Source: Candidatus Krumholzibacteriota bacterium (lineage in GTDB: Bacteria > Krumholzibacteriota > Krumholzibacteriia > LZORAL124-64-63). Taken from it: a stretch of 64,000 nucleotides of DNA. The translations under genes were made by a program, and so were the position numbers. The notes under the pieces were generated by a model that was not told the DNA's origin, searched no databases, and saw only the letters and a program-made list of their open reading frames with translations. The stretch lies in contig JAKLEB010000001.1 of the NCBI GenBank assembly GCA_022711765.1, positions 1,186 to 65,185 on the forward strand, given 5' to 3'. Of this stretch, positions 20,458 through 30,600 are shown in pieces. How positions within the stretch are numbered: position 1 is the stretch's first letter; every line of letters begins with the position of its first letter.

Positions 20458-21012
20458 GTGGTCCAGGCCGGCGACTCCGCGTCCAGGCATCGCTTCGACG
20501 CGGTGGCCGAGGCGTTCCTCCCCGCGGCGCGCACGGGTCACGAGCCAGCGCGCGATCGGGCCGGCTGCCTGTACGCCGCGGCTCCTGGCGCGGTGGATAC
20601 GGCCGCGATCCTGGCCAGCTTCGGATCCGCTGCCGGGACTGCTCCGCGCTTCGATCTGGGCGGTGAGGTCTGGACGCGGCTCGCCCGCTGGGAACGCACG
20701 GGCTGGCGGGCGCCGTTTCCGGCCGACCAGGCGATCCTGCTCTGGTGCCCCCGAGCCGCCGAGGGGACGTCGCTCACCGCGTCCATGGTCCTCGGACGGC
20801 TGGGGGCGTTGATTCGTCCCCGGCGGCTCACCATCCTCTGGCACTGGGGCGAGTCGCGCCCGCCCGGGCGATTGCCCGACGCGGTCCAGCGAGCTCGCGC
20901 CGAGTCGCTGGCCGGAGCTGCGGTCCCCGGGGCCGCCGTGACCCTGCATTGCGTCGGCTGGATCTCGACCGTCGCTTCCGATCTCGGCGACCTGGCGCAG
21001 CGGTACCGGTGA
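20458..21012 (+). CDS. Hypothetical protein immediately downstream of the ParA-CBM48 gene
   Basis: 184-aa GTG-start ORF beginning 2 nt after the parA-like stop. No recognisable domains. It could be a partner protein or a GC-bias ORF. Confidence 0.3.
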   Translation: MVQAGDSASRHRFDAVAEAFLPAARTGHEPARDRAGCLYAAAPGAVDTAAILASFGSAAGTAPRFDLGGEVWTRLARWERTGWRAPFPADQAILLWCPRAAEGTSLTASMVLGRLGALIRPRRLTILWHWGESRPPGRLPDAVQRARAESLAGAAVPGAAVTLHCVGWISTVASDLGDLAQRYR

Positions 21013-21081
21013 GGCGGCGCGCGGCGGCCGAGCGCCACCCTCGGCTTGCCAGGCGCCGGCCCCCGGCGTAAGGTCCGCGGC

Positions 21082-21603
21082 ATGAAGGCGCCCCGTCACG
21101 CTCGCCGAGTCGCGATCGGCGCCGGTCTCGCCGTCCTGCTGGGCGGCCTCCCGGCCGCGGGCGGACCGGTCCTGCTGGTCATCGAGGCCGCGCGGGACAC
21201 GACCGCCGGCTTCGTGGCGTTGCCGCTGCCGGAGCTGGGACGGCGCGCCCTGGCCTGGCCGGACGGGGTCGTCACGTTGCCGGACACGACGGAATGGCTG
21301 GAAGAAGGTCCGCGAGGACTCGCCTTCCGGCTCGAGTCGCCGTCGCTCGTGGGCGTGGCGGCCGGGGGGCGATTCGCCTGCGAGCCGGGGAGCTACCGGC
21401 TCGACGCGCCGCTCGTCCTCGCCGACGGGGCGGTCGTCGCCTGCCTCTCCGCGGGCAGCCTCGACGTCACGGGGGAGCGGATCACCTACCGGCAGCCGCC
21501 GGCGCGGCGCGACCAGCGGGGGAACTACCTGATCCTGGCCGGACTGCTGATCGCGACGGCGGTCATGCTGCGCGGCGTCCGGCGACGGCACAAGTCGGCA
21601 TGA
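21082..21603 (+). CDS. Hypothetical secreted/membrane-anchored protein
   Basis: 173 aa from the ATG at 21082. Signal peptide (AIGAGLAVLLGGLPAAG) and a C-terminal transmembrane helix (YLILAGLLIATAVML). Its stop overlaps the start of the next gene. Confidence 0.45.
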   Translation: MKAPRHARRVAIGAGLAVLLGGLPAAGGPVLLVIEAARDTTAGFVALPLPELGRRALAWPDGVVTLPDTTEWLEEGPRGLAFRLESPSLVGVAAGGRFACEPGSYRLDAPLVLADGAVVACLSAGSLDVTGERITYRQPPARRDQRGNYLILAGLLIATAVMLRGVRRRHKSA

Positions 21604-22979
21604 GACGGCTCGCCGCCGCGGACGGCTGCTACGGCGCCGCTCTGGTCACGATGCCGTTGATCGGCGTCGACCTGATCCGCCTCGCCGCCGGCCGTGATCT
21701 GGGACTGGGCCTGCAGCCGGCCTACCTGCTGCTCGCGGTCGCCTGGCTCCTGCGGCTGGTCTCGTCCCTCACGGCGGCGGGAGCGCGGGACCGCCGCCGT
21801 CACCGGGCGGCCGGGATCCGGCCGTGGTCGGGCTGGGCGCTCGCGGCCGTGGGCGCGGTCGCGCTGTCCAGTCTGGGTCTCGCGCTGGCGCCGGCGCCGC
21901 TGCTTCGCCACGAGGCGTGGCCGCGCTTCGCCAAGCAGGTCGCGCAGCTCGCGGTGATGGGCGCCTTCCTGGCCTATCCGGCGCTCTGGACCCGCGGCGG
22001 GCAGCGCTGGCGGTGGACCATGCGGCTGGTCGCCTGGACCACGGGACTCCAGCTGGTCTACGCGCTGGCCCAGGGGCTCGCGACGCGCGGCGACCTCGCC
22101 GCGCTGGCCGCCGTCGAGCGGATCGTCACGAGCAATCGCGCGATCCTCTCCGGATCGGACCGGCTGTACCTCGGCGGGTTCACGGACCTGCCGCGGCTGC
22201 GGGGGACCATGTGCGAGCCGCTGTACCTCGGCAGCTACCTCATCGGCGTGTTGCCCTGGCTGCTCTGGAGCGGCAGGCGCTGGCTGGCCGGCGCGACGGT
22301 CGCGGCGCTCCTGGCGACCTGGTCCCGGGGAGCGTGGGTCGCCGGCCTCGCCAGCCTCGGGCTGTTGATGGTCTGGCGTTGGCGCGCCGGGCTGCCTCGT
22401 CCGTCCCGCGGGACGCTCGGAGCCGCCGCCGCCGTGCTGGCGGCGGTCGCGGCCGGGCTGCTCGTCGTGTCGGGCCCGGATTCGCTCACCTGGCCGGTCC
22501 GCCGGCTCCTGCAGACGTTCGATCGGAGCGACTGGTCGAACCTGACCCGTTTTTACAGCGGACAGGCGGCGTGGCGGGCGTTCCTCGCGTCGCCGCTGGT
22601 CGGCGTCGGCTGGGGGCAGTTCCCCTACCACTTCTATGCGCTCGTGGATCTGCCGGGGCTCGAGAGCCAGTTCGCCTGGCCGGTCGTCAACAGCGCGCCG
22701 CTGCTGGTGCTGTGCGAGACGGGATTGATCGGGGCCGGCGTCTGGCTCGGCGCACTCGGGACGGCCTTCGCGCGCACGTGGCGGCGGCTGGCGGCGGACG
22801 CCCCGGCCGCGGCGCGCGCCAGGCTCGCCGCGGCGGCGGCGGCCAGTTGCGCCGTGGGCCTGCACCTGTGCATCTTTTCCCAGTACAACCTGCCGCACCT
22901 CTGGATCCTGCCGGGGCTCTGGCTCGCCGCGCTGGCGGAGGTCCGCATCGGTTCCGGCACGGAGAGACGACGGACGTGA
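21600..22979 (+). CDS. O-antigen ligase / Wzy_C-family polysaccharide polymerase-like membrane protein
   Basis: 459 aa from the ATG at 21600. About 10 predicted transmembrane helices. A Wzy_C-like core (WSRGAWVAGLASLGLL...GVGWGQFPYHF) is present. Confidence 0.65.
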   Translation: MRRLAAADGCYGAALVTMPLIGVDLIRLAAGRDLGLGLQPAYLLLAVAWLLRLVSSLTAAGARDRRRHRAAGIRPWSGWALAAVGAVALSSLGLALAPAPLLRHEAWPRFAKQVAQLAVMGAFLAYPALWTRGGQRWRWTMRLVAWTTGLQLVYALAQGLATRGDLAALAAVERIVTSNRAILSGSDRLYLGGFTDLPRLRGTMCEPLYLGSYLIGVLPWLLWSGRRWLAGATVAALLATWSRGAWVAGLASLGLLMVWRWRAGLPRPSRGTLGAAAAVLAAVAAGLLVVSGPDSLTWPVRRLLQTFDRSDWSNLTRFYSGQAAWRAFLASPLVGVGWGQFPYHFYALVDLPGLESQFAWPVVNSAPLLVLCETGLIGAGVWLGALGTAFARTWRRLAADAPAAARARLAAAAAASCAVGLHLCIFSQYNLPHLWILPGLWLAALAEVRIGSGTERRRT

Positions 22980-24112
22980 CGCGGCCACTGATCGTCCTCG
23001 ACGCCTTGTTGCTGCGCCCGCAACCCACGGGCGTCGGGCAGGCGATCATCGAATTGACGCGAGCGCTCGCCGCGACGGACCGGTGGTTCGATGTCGCGGT
23101 CCTCTGCACGAGCCCGGAACTCCTGCCGGAACTGGCGGACCGAGCCGGGTGGCGGATCGTCCCGTGTCCCGGCGCGGCCGGCGGCACCCTGCGCAAGGCC
23201 CTCTGGACGCAGCTGGTCATGCCGCGAGTGCTGCGCCGGCTGGGAGCGGATCTGCTGCATTGCCTGCAATTCGTCGCGCCGCTGCGGCTCCCGTGTCCGT
23301 CGGTCGTCACCGTGCACGATCTCGGCTATCTGCGGTTCCCGCACACGATCGAGCAGCCACGCCGCCTGTATTACGACCGGCTCGTCCCGGCGTCGTTGCG
23401 GCGGGCGCGCGCCGTGGTCTGCAACTCGCGGGCGACCGCCGACGACGTGGTGGCCTGGTTCCCGGAGGTCGCGAACCGGGTGTGGGTGACCCCCTTCGGC
23501 GCACCGCAGTGGGTCCGGGGCCGGCCGGTCGCGTCGCCGGATCGCGGAGGCGCCGCGCCGTTCCTCTTCGTGGGCACGCTGGAGCCGCGGAAGAACGTCG
23601 AGGGGTTGCTGCGCGCCTACGAGCGATTCGTCGCGGAACGGGAGGCTGCGGGCCTCGACTGCCCGCAGCTAGTGCTGGCCGGCGGCCGCGGCTGGCGGGA
23701 TACTGCGATCCGCAGCCGCCTGGCGGCGCTGGCAGCATCCGGCAGGGTGATCGTCGAGGACTACTGTAATCCAGACGAATTATGGCAACATTACAGCTTG
23801 GCGCGGGCCTTGCTCTTGCCCAGCTTGCACGAAGGCTTCGGATTCCCGATTCTGGAAGCCATGGCCGCAGGATTGCCGGTGTTGACCAGTGATCGCGGCG
23901 CGATGGCGGAAGTCGGGGGCGACGCGACTCTTCGAGTGGATCCGGAGGATCAACGGGCGCTGGTGGCGGGAATGCACCGGTTGACCGACGATGTGCGTCT
24001 CCGCCGGGACCTCGTCCGACGCGGACACGCCAACCTCGCCCGGTGGACCTGGGAGGAGACCGCCCGCACCACTGGCGAGGTCTACGAGCGCGTCCTCGGC
24101 GGGCATCGCTGA
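22976..24112 (+). CDS. Glycosyltransferase family 1
   Basis: 378 aa from a GTG overlapping the upstream stop. The GT1 C-terminal domain contains SLHEGFGFPILEAMAAGLPVLTSDRG (EX7E-like). Confidence 0.75.
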   Translation: MTRPLIVLDALLLRPQPTGVGQAIIELTRALAATDRWFDVAVLCTSPELLPELADRAGWRIVPCPGAAGGTLRKALWTQLVMPRVLRRLGADLLHCLQFVAPLRLPCPSVVTVHDLGYLRFPHTIEQPRRLYYDRLVPASLRRARAVVCNSRATADDVVAWFPEVANRVWVTPFGAPQWVRGRPVASPDRGGAAPFLFVGTLEPRKNVEGLLRAYERFVAEREAAGLDCPQLVLAGGRGWRDTAIRSRLAALAASGRVIVEDYCNPDELWQHYSLARALLLPSLHEGFGFPILEAMAAGLPVLTSDRGAMAEVGGDATLRVDPEDQRALVAGMHRLTDDVRLRRDLVRRGHANLARWTWEETARTTGEVYERVLGGHR

Positions 24113-24223
24113 GCCGGCGCGCGGCAACGAGTTCGGTGTTGCCCTCGCCGGGACGTTGCGATACTTTCGGGCAGCTCAGGAGAGCCACGCTTCGAGGGAA
24201 CGGAGCAAGCCAACGGAGGGGTC

Positions 24224-25522
24224 GTGGAGCGAGGGATCGTACCTCTGGTCAGTTTCGGCGTCGCATTCGTCATGTCGTGGTTGGTCCAGCCGCATTTTCG
24301 CAACCTGGGTTTTCTCACCGAAATCGTGGACCATCCCGGCGGCCGGCGGCCGCATCGCGAGCCGGTGCCGCGAACTGGCGGCATGGCGATCTTCATCTCC
24401 TTCTTCTGCGCGCTCTACTTCCTCGAGAATTTCGTGCTGCGCATGGCTCTGCCCTGGCCCTGGCTCATGATCCTGATCGGCGCCGGCCTGGTGATCCTGG
24501 CCCTGGGCGTCGGCGACGATCGGTTCGGCATCCACGCGGAGAAGAAGCTCTACGGCCAGCTGATCATCATCCTCGGCCTCATGCTGCTCGGGCAGCGGTT
24601 CGAATCCGTGACGCTTCCCGGCCTCGGCCGCGTCGAGCTCGGCGGCTGGTCCTGGCCGTTCACCCTTTTCTGGTACCTGGGCTTCATCAACTCGATGAAC
24701 CTCATCGACGGCCTTGATGGCCTCGCGAGCGGGATCAGCGTCCTCGCGTCCCTGTTCCTGGCGGTCCTGGCGCTCGCCGCCGGAGAAGCGACGTCGGCGC
24801 TCCTGGCGACGACCCTGGCCGGGTCGACGATGGCCTTCCTCTACTGGAACGTCAGCAGTCGCAAGATCTTCCTGGGCGATTCGGGGAGCATGTGGATGGG
24901 CCTCGTCCTGGCGACCCTCATGCTCAACCTGAGCCGCAACGCCGCCGTCCCGCTGCCCGTGCTCCTGGCGCCCATGACCGTGCCGATCTGGGACACGGCG
25001 ACCACGATCGTCCGCCGCTATCGTCAGCGGACCTCGATCTTCCAGGCGGACGACAACCACTTGCACCACCGTCTCGTCCGGCTCGGCTTCAGTCCCGCGC
25101 GGGCCGTCGCCGCGCTGCTCCTGGTGACGGGCGGCTCGGGCCTCTTCGCGCTCAGTGACTTCCTGGACTCCGCCTGGCTCGGCCTGCCGGCCATGGCGGC
25201 GTGGATGGGCGCCGCCCAGCTGGGGGCCCTCCAGCACCTGAGGAACCGGCACACGGGTTGGGACCTTTTCTCGGAAGTCTCGTACGCGCTGGGGTTCGAC
25301 GACGGGCTCGTCGACCGGACGGGTCTGGTGGATCGTCGCGTGGCCGAGGTCATCGATCTGCAGGCGGCCCGCGGACCCCTCCGGCCGGTCCAGAAAGTCG
25401 CGGGCGGCGAGCTGGCGATCATCCCGGACGATGACGAGGGCGTCGCGAAGTCCAGGCCGGCCCGGATGTCGGAAGGGGCGGACGCGAATGTCGTTTTCCC
25501 CACTTCCCGCGACCTTCATTGA
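24224..25522 (+). CDS. Polyprenyl-phosphate N-acetylhexosamine-1-phosphate transferase (WecA/MraY family, GT4 fold family) with C-terminal extension
   Basis: 432 aa, with multiple transmembrane helices, a DD-x-x-G motif (GVGDDRFG) and NLIDGLDGLASG. About 100 aa of non-membrane C-terminal extension lie beyond the usual length. Confidence 0.8.
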   Translation: MERGIVPLVSFGVAFVMSWLVQPHFRNLGFLTEIVDHPGGRRPHREPVPRTGGMAIFISFFCALYFLENFVLRMALPWPWLMILIGAGLVILALGVGDDRFGIHAEKKLYGQLIIILGLMLLGQRFESVTLPGLGRVELGGWSWPFTLFWYLGFINSMNLIDGLDGLASGISVLASLFLAVLALAAGEATSALLATTLAGSTMAFLYWNVSSRKIFLGDSGSMWMGLVLATLMLNLSRNAAVPLPVLLAPMTVPIWDTATTIVRRYRQRTSIFQADDNHLHHRLVRLGFSPARAVAALLLVTGGSGLFALSDFLDSAWLGLPAMAAWMGAAQLGALQHLRNRHTGWDLFSEVSYALGFDDGLVDRTGLVDRRVAEVIDLQAARGPLRPVQKVAGGELAIIPDDDEGVAKSRPARMSEGADANVVFPTSRDLH

Positions 25523-26150
25523 CGACCTGCGGCGATCGTCGGCCGCCGGCGTGCTCGAGCTCGGCAGCGGCGACGGCTCCTTCACTGCGGTGATCCGCGA
25601 GCTCGGACGGGAGCCGCTCACCGTGGACCGCAGCTGCTGGCCGGCGGGTTCGCGACCGCGGATCCGCGGTGATGCGCTCGCACCGCCGTTGCGGCGGCGC
25701 TTCGACGTCGTGGTCGCCGCGAACCTCCTGCGCCAGCTGTGGCGTGACCTTCCGGCGGCCGGGCCGGGCGTCTGGCGGGACCTCGTCGATCGCGACGGCA
25801 GCCTCTGGATCTTCGAGGACGAGCCGCTCGCGTCGCCGCGGGCGGCCCGGAACTATCGCGACCTGCAGGCAATGCTGGCCCAGGCCGGCGCGACTGGCAG
25901 GCGCGAGCTGGTGCCGCTGGCCGAGTTCCGGCGCCGTCGCCGGGTGTGGGCGTGGAACGGCGAATGGACGTGCGGACAGGCCGTGAACGAATGGGAGGTC
26001 GCGGCCGCCGGCGTGATCGCCTGGCTCGCGTCCGGGGATCCGGAGCCGGCCACCGAGATGGCTTGTTTGATGCAACGGATCCAGCGCGACGGTCTCAGTT
26101 ACGGATGCTACTGGTGGGCGCGCTGGCGCCCGGAGGCAGCGGGATGTTGA
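25488..26150 (+). CDS. Putative class-I SAM-dependent methyltransferase
   Basis: 220 aa from an internal ATG, with a glycine-rich VLELGSGDGSF motif. Overlaps the previous gene by 35 nt. Weak assignment. Confidence 0.4.
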   Translation: MSFSPLPATFIDDLRRSSAAGVLELGSGDGSFTAVIRELGREPLTVDRSCWPAGSRPRIRGDALAPPLRRRFDVVVAANLLRQLWRDLPAAGPGVWRDLVDRDGSLWIFEDEPLASPRAARNYRDLQAMLAQAGATGRRELVPLAEFRRRRRVWAWNGEWTCGQAVNEWEVAAAGVIAWLASGDPEPATEMACLMQRIQRDGLSYGCYWWARWRPEAAGC

Positions 26151-27478
26151 GGCGACTCGCCGTCACGGTCGCGATCGGGGGCGCCGCGCTCGTCGTCGCA
26201 GCGGGCGTGCTGTGGGGTCGCAGTCCGGCGGCAGTCGAGTGGCGCAGAGCCCGCACGATCTGCATCGAGAGCGACGACTGGGGCCTCTGCGGATTCCTGC
26301 CCGACACGTCCGCGCTCGCCGGGCTGGACCGCAAGGTCCTGGCTCCCGGCCAGTTCCCCGAGGTCTACTGGCACTCGACGCTCGAGGATAGCGCCATGGT
26401 CGCCGAGCTGGCGGCGGTCTTCGCCGCTCACCGCGGCCGCGACGGACTGCCGGCGGTGCTTCAGCCGAACTACATCCTCGCGTCGTTCTCGCTGGAGCCG
26501 GACCCGCTCGACTCGACGGATCGCTGGATCGTGCGGGACATGCCGGCGACTCCACCGGGGTACGACCGGCCAGGGCTGTGGCACGCGGTGCGCGACGCGC
26601 AACAGGCCGGCGTCTGGCACCCGGAGCTCCACGGGCGCTGGCATTACGATCCGGAACTCCGCCGGCGGCGCGCGAGCGAGGAGCCGGCGGTTCGCGCGGC
26701 AGCGGCCCTGCAGATCCTGCCGTTCCCCGAGAGCGAACGCGCCTGGGAGCTCGGTGCGTGGCGGGACCTCGCCGTGATCGCTGACGAGCTGGACCGCAAT
26801 CTCGTCGTGTTCCGGCAGCTCTTCGGCTACTCGCCGCGTTCGGTGATCGCGCCCGACTACGTCTGGAATGACCGGCACGAGCAGCTCTGGTGCGAGCGGG
26901 ATCTGCGCGTGATCCAGGGCCAGCGGCAGCAGAGGCAGAGTCGCTGGCGGGGCCTCTCGGGTCGCCTGCTCAAGGTCTGGCATCGCGCATGGACGCGGTG
27001 GTATCGGCAGGACCGGGTCTACCTCGACCGCAACTGCCTGTTCGAGCCGGTCCAGCAGCATGCGCCCAGGGCGATCACCGAGGCGGCTGTGCGGGATGTC
27101 GACGCCGCCTGGCGGCGGCGCGAAGCCGCGATAGTCGAAGCCCACCGGATCAATTTCGCCCACCTGGATCCCGCCGTGCACGAGCTGGGCCGTGCCGAGC
27201 TCGCCCACCTGCTCGGCGAGTTCGCGACCCGTGGGCCGCTCTTCGTGGTCGACAGTGAGCTGGCGGATCTGCAGCGGCGAGGCACGTCCTGGGTGGTCCG
27301 CGGCGACCGGATCGTGGTCCGGAACCTGACCCGCGCGCGCCGCCTGGTCGTCGTCCCGCCGGAGGCGGCGGCCGCCGGTCAAGAGCGCGAGCCGTCGGCC
27401 GGGGCCGAGCCTCTCGTCCTGGTTCTCGAACCTGGCGAGACCAGGACCTTGCCCGCCGATGGCTCGATGAGCAACTAA
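26144..27478 (+). CDS. Hypothetical exported protein in glycan cluster
   Basis: 444 aa from the ATG at 26144, which overlaps the upstream stop. N-terminal transmembrane/signal segment (LAVTVAIGGAALVVAAGVLWG). No confident family. Confidence 0.5.
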   Translation: MLRRLAVTVAIGGAALVVAAGVLWGRSPAAVEWRRARTICIESDDWGLCGFLPDTSALAGLDRKVLAPGQFPEVYWHSTLEDSAMVAELAAVFAAHRGRDGLPAVLQPNYILASFSLEPDPLDSTDRWIVRDMPATPPGYDRPGLWHAVRDAQQAGVWHPELHGRWHYDPELRRRRASEEPAVRAAAALQILPFPESERAWELGAWRDLAVIADELDRNLVVFRQLFGYSPRSVIAPDYVWNDRHEQLWCERDLRVIQGQRQQRQSRWRGLSGRLLKVWHRAWTRWYRQDRVYLDRNCLFEPVQQHAPRAITEAAVRDVDAAWRRREAAIVEAHRINFAHLDPAVHELGRAELAHLLGEFATRGPLFVVDSELADLQRRGTSWVVRGDRIVVRNLTRARRLVVVPPEAAAAGQEREPSAGAEPLVLVLEPGETRTLPADGSMSN

Positions 27479-27491
27479 AAAACTCCTCAAT

Positions 27492-27520
27492 TAGACTCAT
27501 TTCTTTATCTATGGTAAGAT
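27492..27520 (+). promoter_or_regulatory. AT-rich sigma70-like promoter TAGACT-N17-TAAGAT for giant gene copy 1
   Basis: AT-rich island (AAAAAACTCCTCAATTAGACTCATTTCTTTATCTATGGTAAGATCA) in otherwise 70% GC DNA. The -35 hexamer is at 27492-27497 and the -10 at 27515-27520, with a 17-nt spacer. Confidence 0.5.
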
Positions 27521-27609
27521 CATCTCCTTGGTTTGCCCAGGAACGGTCGTCACCGGGCGATCGCGTCTACGGCTCGATCCGCATGCACGCGCGACCCAGG
27601 AGGATAGGC

Positions 27610-30600
27610 ATGAGCCGCCGCATGGTCGTAACCCCGCTCATCGTCATCGCCGTCTCGCTCAGTTCCCTGGTCCTGGCCGCGCAGGGTCCTGTGCTCTACG
27701 AAGGAACGTTGGAACCGGATCAGTTCGCCTGGACCGAGCTGGCCGATGGGTCGTACCGGCTCGACCTCGGCGGTGGTCGCTCGCTCGGGGTCACGGACCT
27801 GGCGGACCTGCCGGCGATCGACCTCCTGTTGCTCGTGCCCGCCGACCTGGCGATCGCCGGCGTCGAGGTCGAACCGCTCGCGATCCGCTCGATCGTTGCG
27901 CCCGGCCGCCTGGCGCTGGCGGGCGCCCTGGCGTCGAGCGCCGGCGACCTCCTGCCGCAGCGTGACCTGGAGCCGGCCGGTGGCATGTTCCCGCCGAGCT
28001 GGGGCGCCTTCGGCGGCGTTCACAGCTGGCGGGGCTACCGGTTGCTCGCCGTGACCGTGCACCCGGCGCGCCTGCGCGACGGCGATCCCGGGTCGCCCGC
28101 GCGCCTGGACGTGCTGGAGCGGTTCGCGATCCGCGCGGTCTCGACCGGCGCGCCCGCCGCGAGCCCGCCCCTCGCTCGCGAGCGTCTCGTCGCCGGGGAG
28201 CGCAGCCGCCTGGAACGGCTGTTGCGCCCGCTCGTGGCGAATCCGGAGGCGGTGACGAGCTATCAGCGCGAGGACGGGGCTGCGCTCGACAAGTCGGGCG
28301 CTCCCTTCCTGCCCACGCCCAACCCCAGCCTCGAAGGAAGCGGGATCCGGTACCTGATCGTGACGTCGGCGGCGCTGGCGCCCGAGTTCCAGCGCCTGGC
28401 GGACCACCGCACGCGCCAGGGATTGCCGGCGCTCGTGGTGACGCGCGAGTGGATCTCCGCGAATTTCCGTCGCGGCGTCGATTTCCAGGAGACCCTGAGG
28501 ATGTTCCTGCAGGACGCGTACGCCAAGTGGGGCGTGGAGTACCTGCTGCTCGGCGGGGACACGGAGATCGTGCCGACCCGCACGATCCGGAGCAACTTCT
28601 ATCCGTACGGCGGGCACACGGACATCCCGACCGACACGTACTACGCCGCGCTCGATGGGAACTGGGGCGCCGACGGCGACGGCTGGCTCGGCGAGCCGTA
28701 CGTCACGGAGGGCAACCCCGGCGACAACGCCGATCTCGCGCCGGAACTCGCCGTGGCGCGGGCGCCGGTGCGCAGCCTCCTCGGCGCCCAGCAGTTCGTG
28801 GACAAGGTGCTGGGCTACGAGGCGACGCCGGCCGGCGCGCTCTGGGCGAACCGGATCCTCTTCGCCGCGGAGGTGCTCTTCCCGTCGCCCTGGCATCCGG
28901 GCGAACCCATCACGCTCGATGGCGCCCAGTACGCGCAGACCTTGATCGACACCATCATCGAGTCGTGCTCGACCATGTCCTATGTGCGCATGTACGAGAC
29001 CGCGCAGCTCTATCCGCGCGACGCTCCGCTGACCCGCGCGGCCCTGATCGACTCGCTCAACACCGGCCACTACGGCCACGTGGACCAGTTCGGCCACGGG
29101 CACTACTTCAACATGTCGGTCGGCGACGCGAACTTCACGGTGTCCGACGCGGACGCTCTCCACAATCCGCATCACTTCCTGCTCTTCGCCGTGAACTGCG
29201 CGTCGGGCGCGTTCGATTTCTCGTGCTTGATGGAGCGGTTCGTCGAGAATCCCGACGGCGGCGCGATCGTCTCGGTCAGCGCCGCGCGTGAAGCATTCCC
29301 CTCCAATTCCTTCGGCTACCAGTCGACGTTCTACGGCGCCATGGTCTGCGACGGCGTGCTCCGCGTCCCCGACGCGTTCAACGTGGCGCGCCTGCAGTTC
29401 ATCGGCAACACGTCGCGCAACACGGTCGACCGCTGGACGCAGCTCAATGCGGCGATCATCGGCGATCCCGCGACCGGCATCTGGTGCGGTCCGCCGCTGG
29501 CGCCCTCGATCACGGCGCCCGCCAATCTCGCCGTTGGCGAGCAGACGGTGCAGGTCCAGGTCGTGGCGGGCGGTCGGCCGGCGGTCGGCGCCGACGTCTG
29601 TCTGGTCAAGGACGGCGAGACGTACGCGTGGGCCGTCACCGATCCGGCGGGTCAGGCGTCGCTGACGATCGTCCCGCAGACGGCGGGCACGGTCACCTTG
29701 ACGGTTTCGGGCGCCAACCTCGTGCGGACGACCCGCACGATCCCGGTCGCCGGCAGCGCGACGTACGTGGCCATGACCGGATTCGGGATCGGCGACCAGT
29801 CGCCCAACGGCAACGGCAACGGCGTCGCCGAGGCCGGCGAGACGATTTCGCTGGCGCTGCAGTTGCAGGATCTCGGCGGCGGCGGCGCGACCGGGCTGAA
29901 TGTCACGTTGACCAGCGACGATCCGCAGCTCGTGGTGCTCGACGGCACGGCGAGCGCGGGCAACATCGCGCCGGGCGGATCGACCACCAACCTGGACCCG
30001 CTCGTGGTCAAGCCGCAGACCATCATGCGTGACGGTTTGCGCATCGCGATGCGGATCGTCGTGACGGCGAACGGCGGCGGCAGCTGGGTCAGCAACGGCC
30101 TGCTCGAGGTGCGGGTGCCCGAGCCGGAGGTCGCGCGCCTCGTCGTCGACGACTCCGTCTACGGCGACGGCGACGGCGTGGCGGAGAGCAACGAACGCCT
30201 GGTCCTGCGTCCGTACGTGAAGAACTACGGCAGCGGACGACTCGACCAGCTCGTCGCGCAGGTGACGAACGCGGCGGCGGGGGTCACGGTGCACAGCGCC
30301 TTCGCGTTCTACGCCAACGTCGACCTGCTGGAGGAGGAGACCTACCAGTCGGGCGAGCTCTCGGTGACCCTGGCCAACATCGGGCAGCTCCAGCCGTGCC
30401 GCGTCGATTTCCAGGACAACTACGGGCGCACCTTCACCCAGCCGCTCGAATTCAACGAGCCGGCGGCTCCCGGCCTGCCGGCCGCCGACGCGACGATCGC
30501 GTCGGACGCGATCGCGCTGCGCTGGGACCCGGTCGGCGGGGCGGCGACCCTGGGCTACCACGTCTATCGCGCGGCGGCCGAGGCGGGGCCGTTCAGCCGG

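Noticed and set aside
19325-20812. 495-aa + strand ORF overlapping the ParA-CBM48 gene in another frame
   Set aside because: The ParA frame carries a Walker A motif and a CBM48 domain. This frame is Arg/Pro-rich with no motifs.
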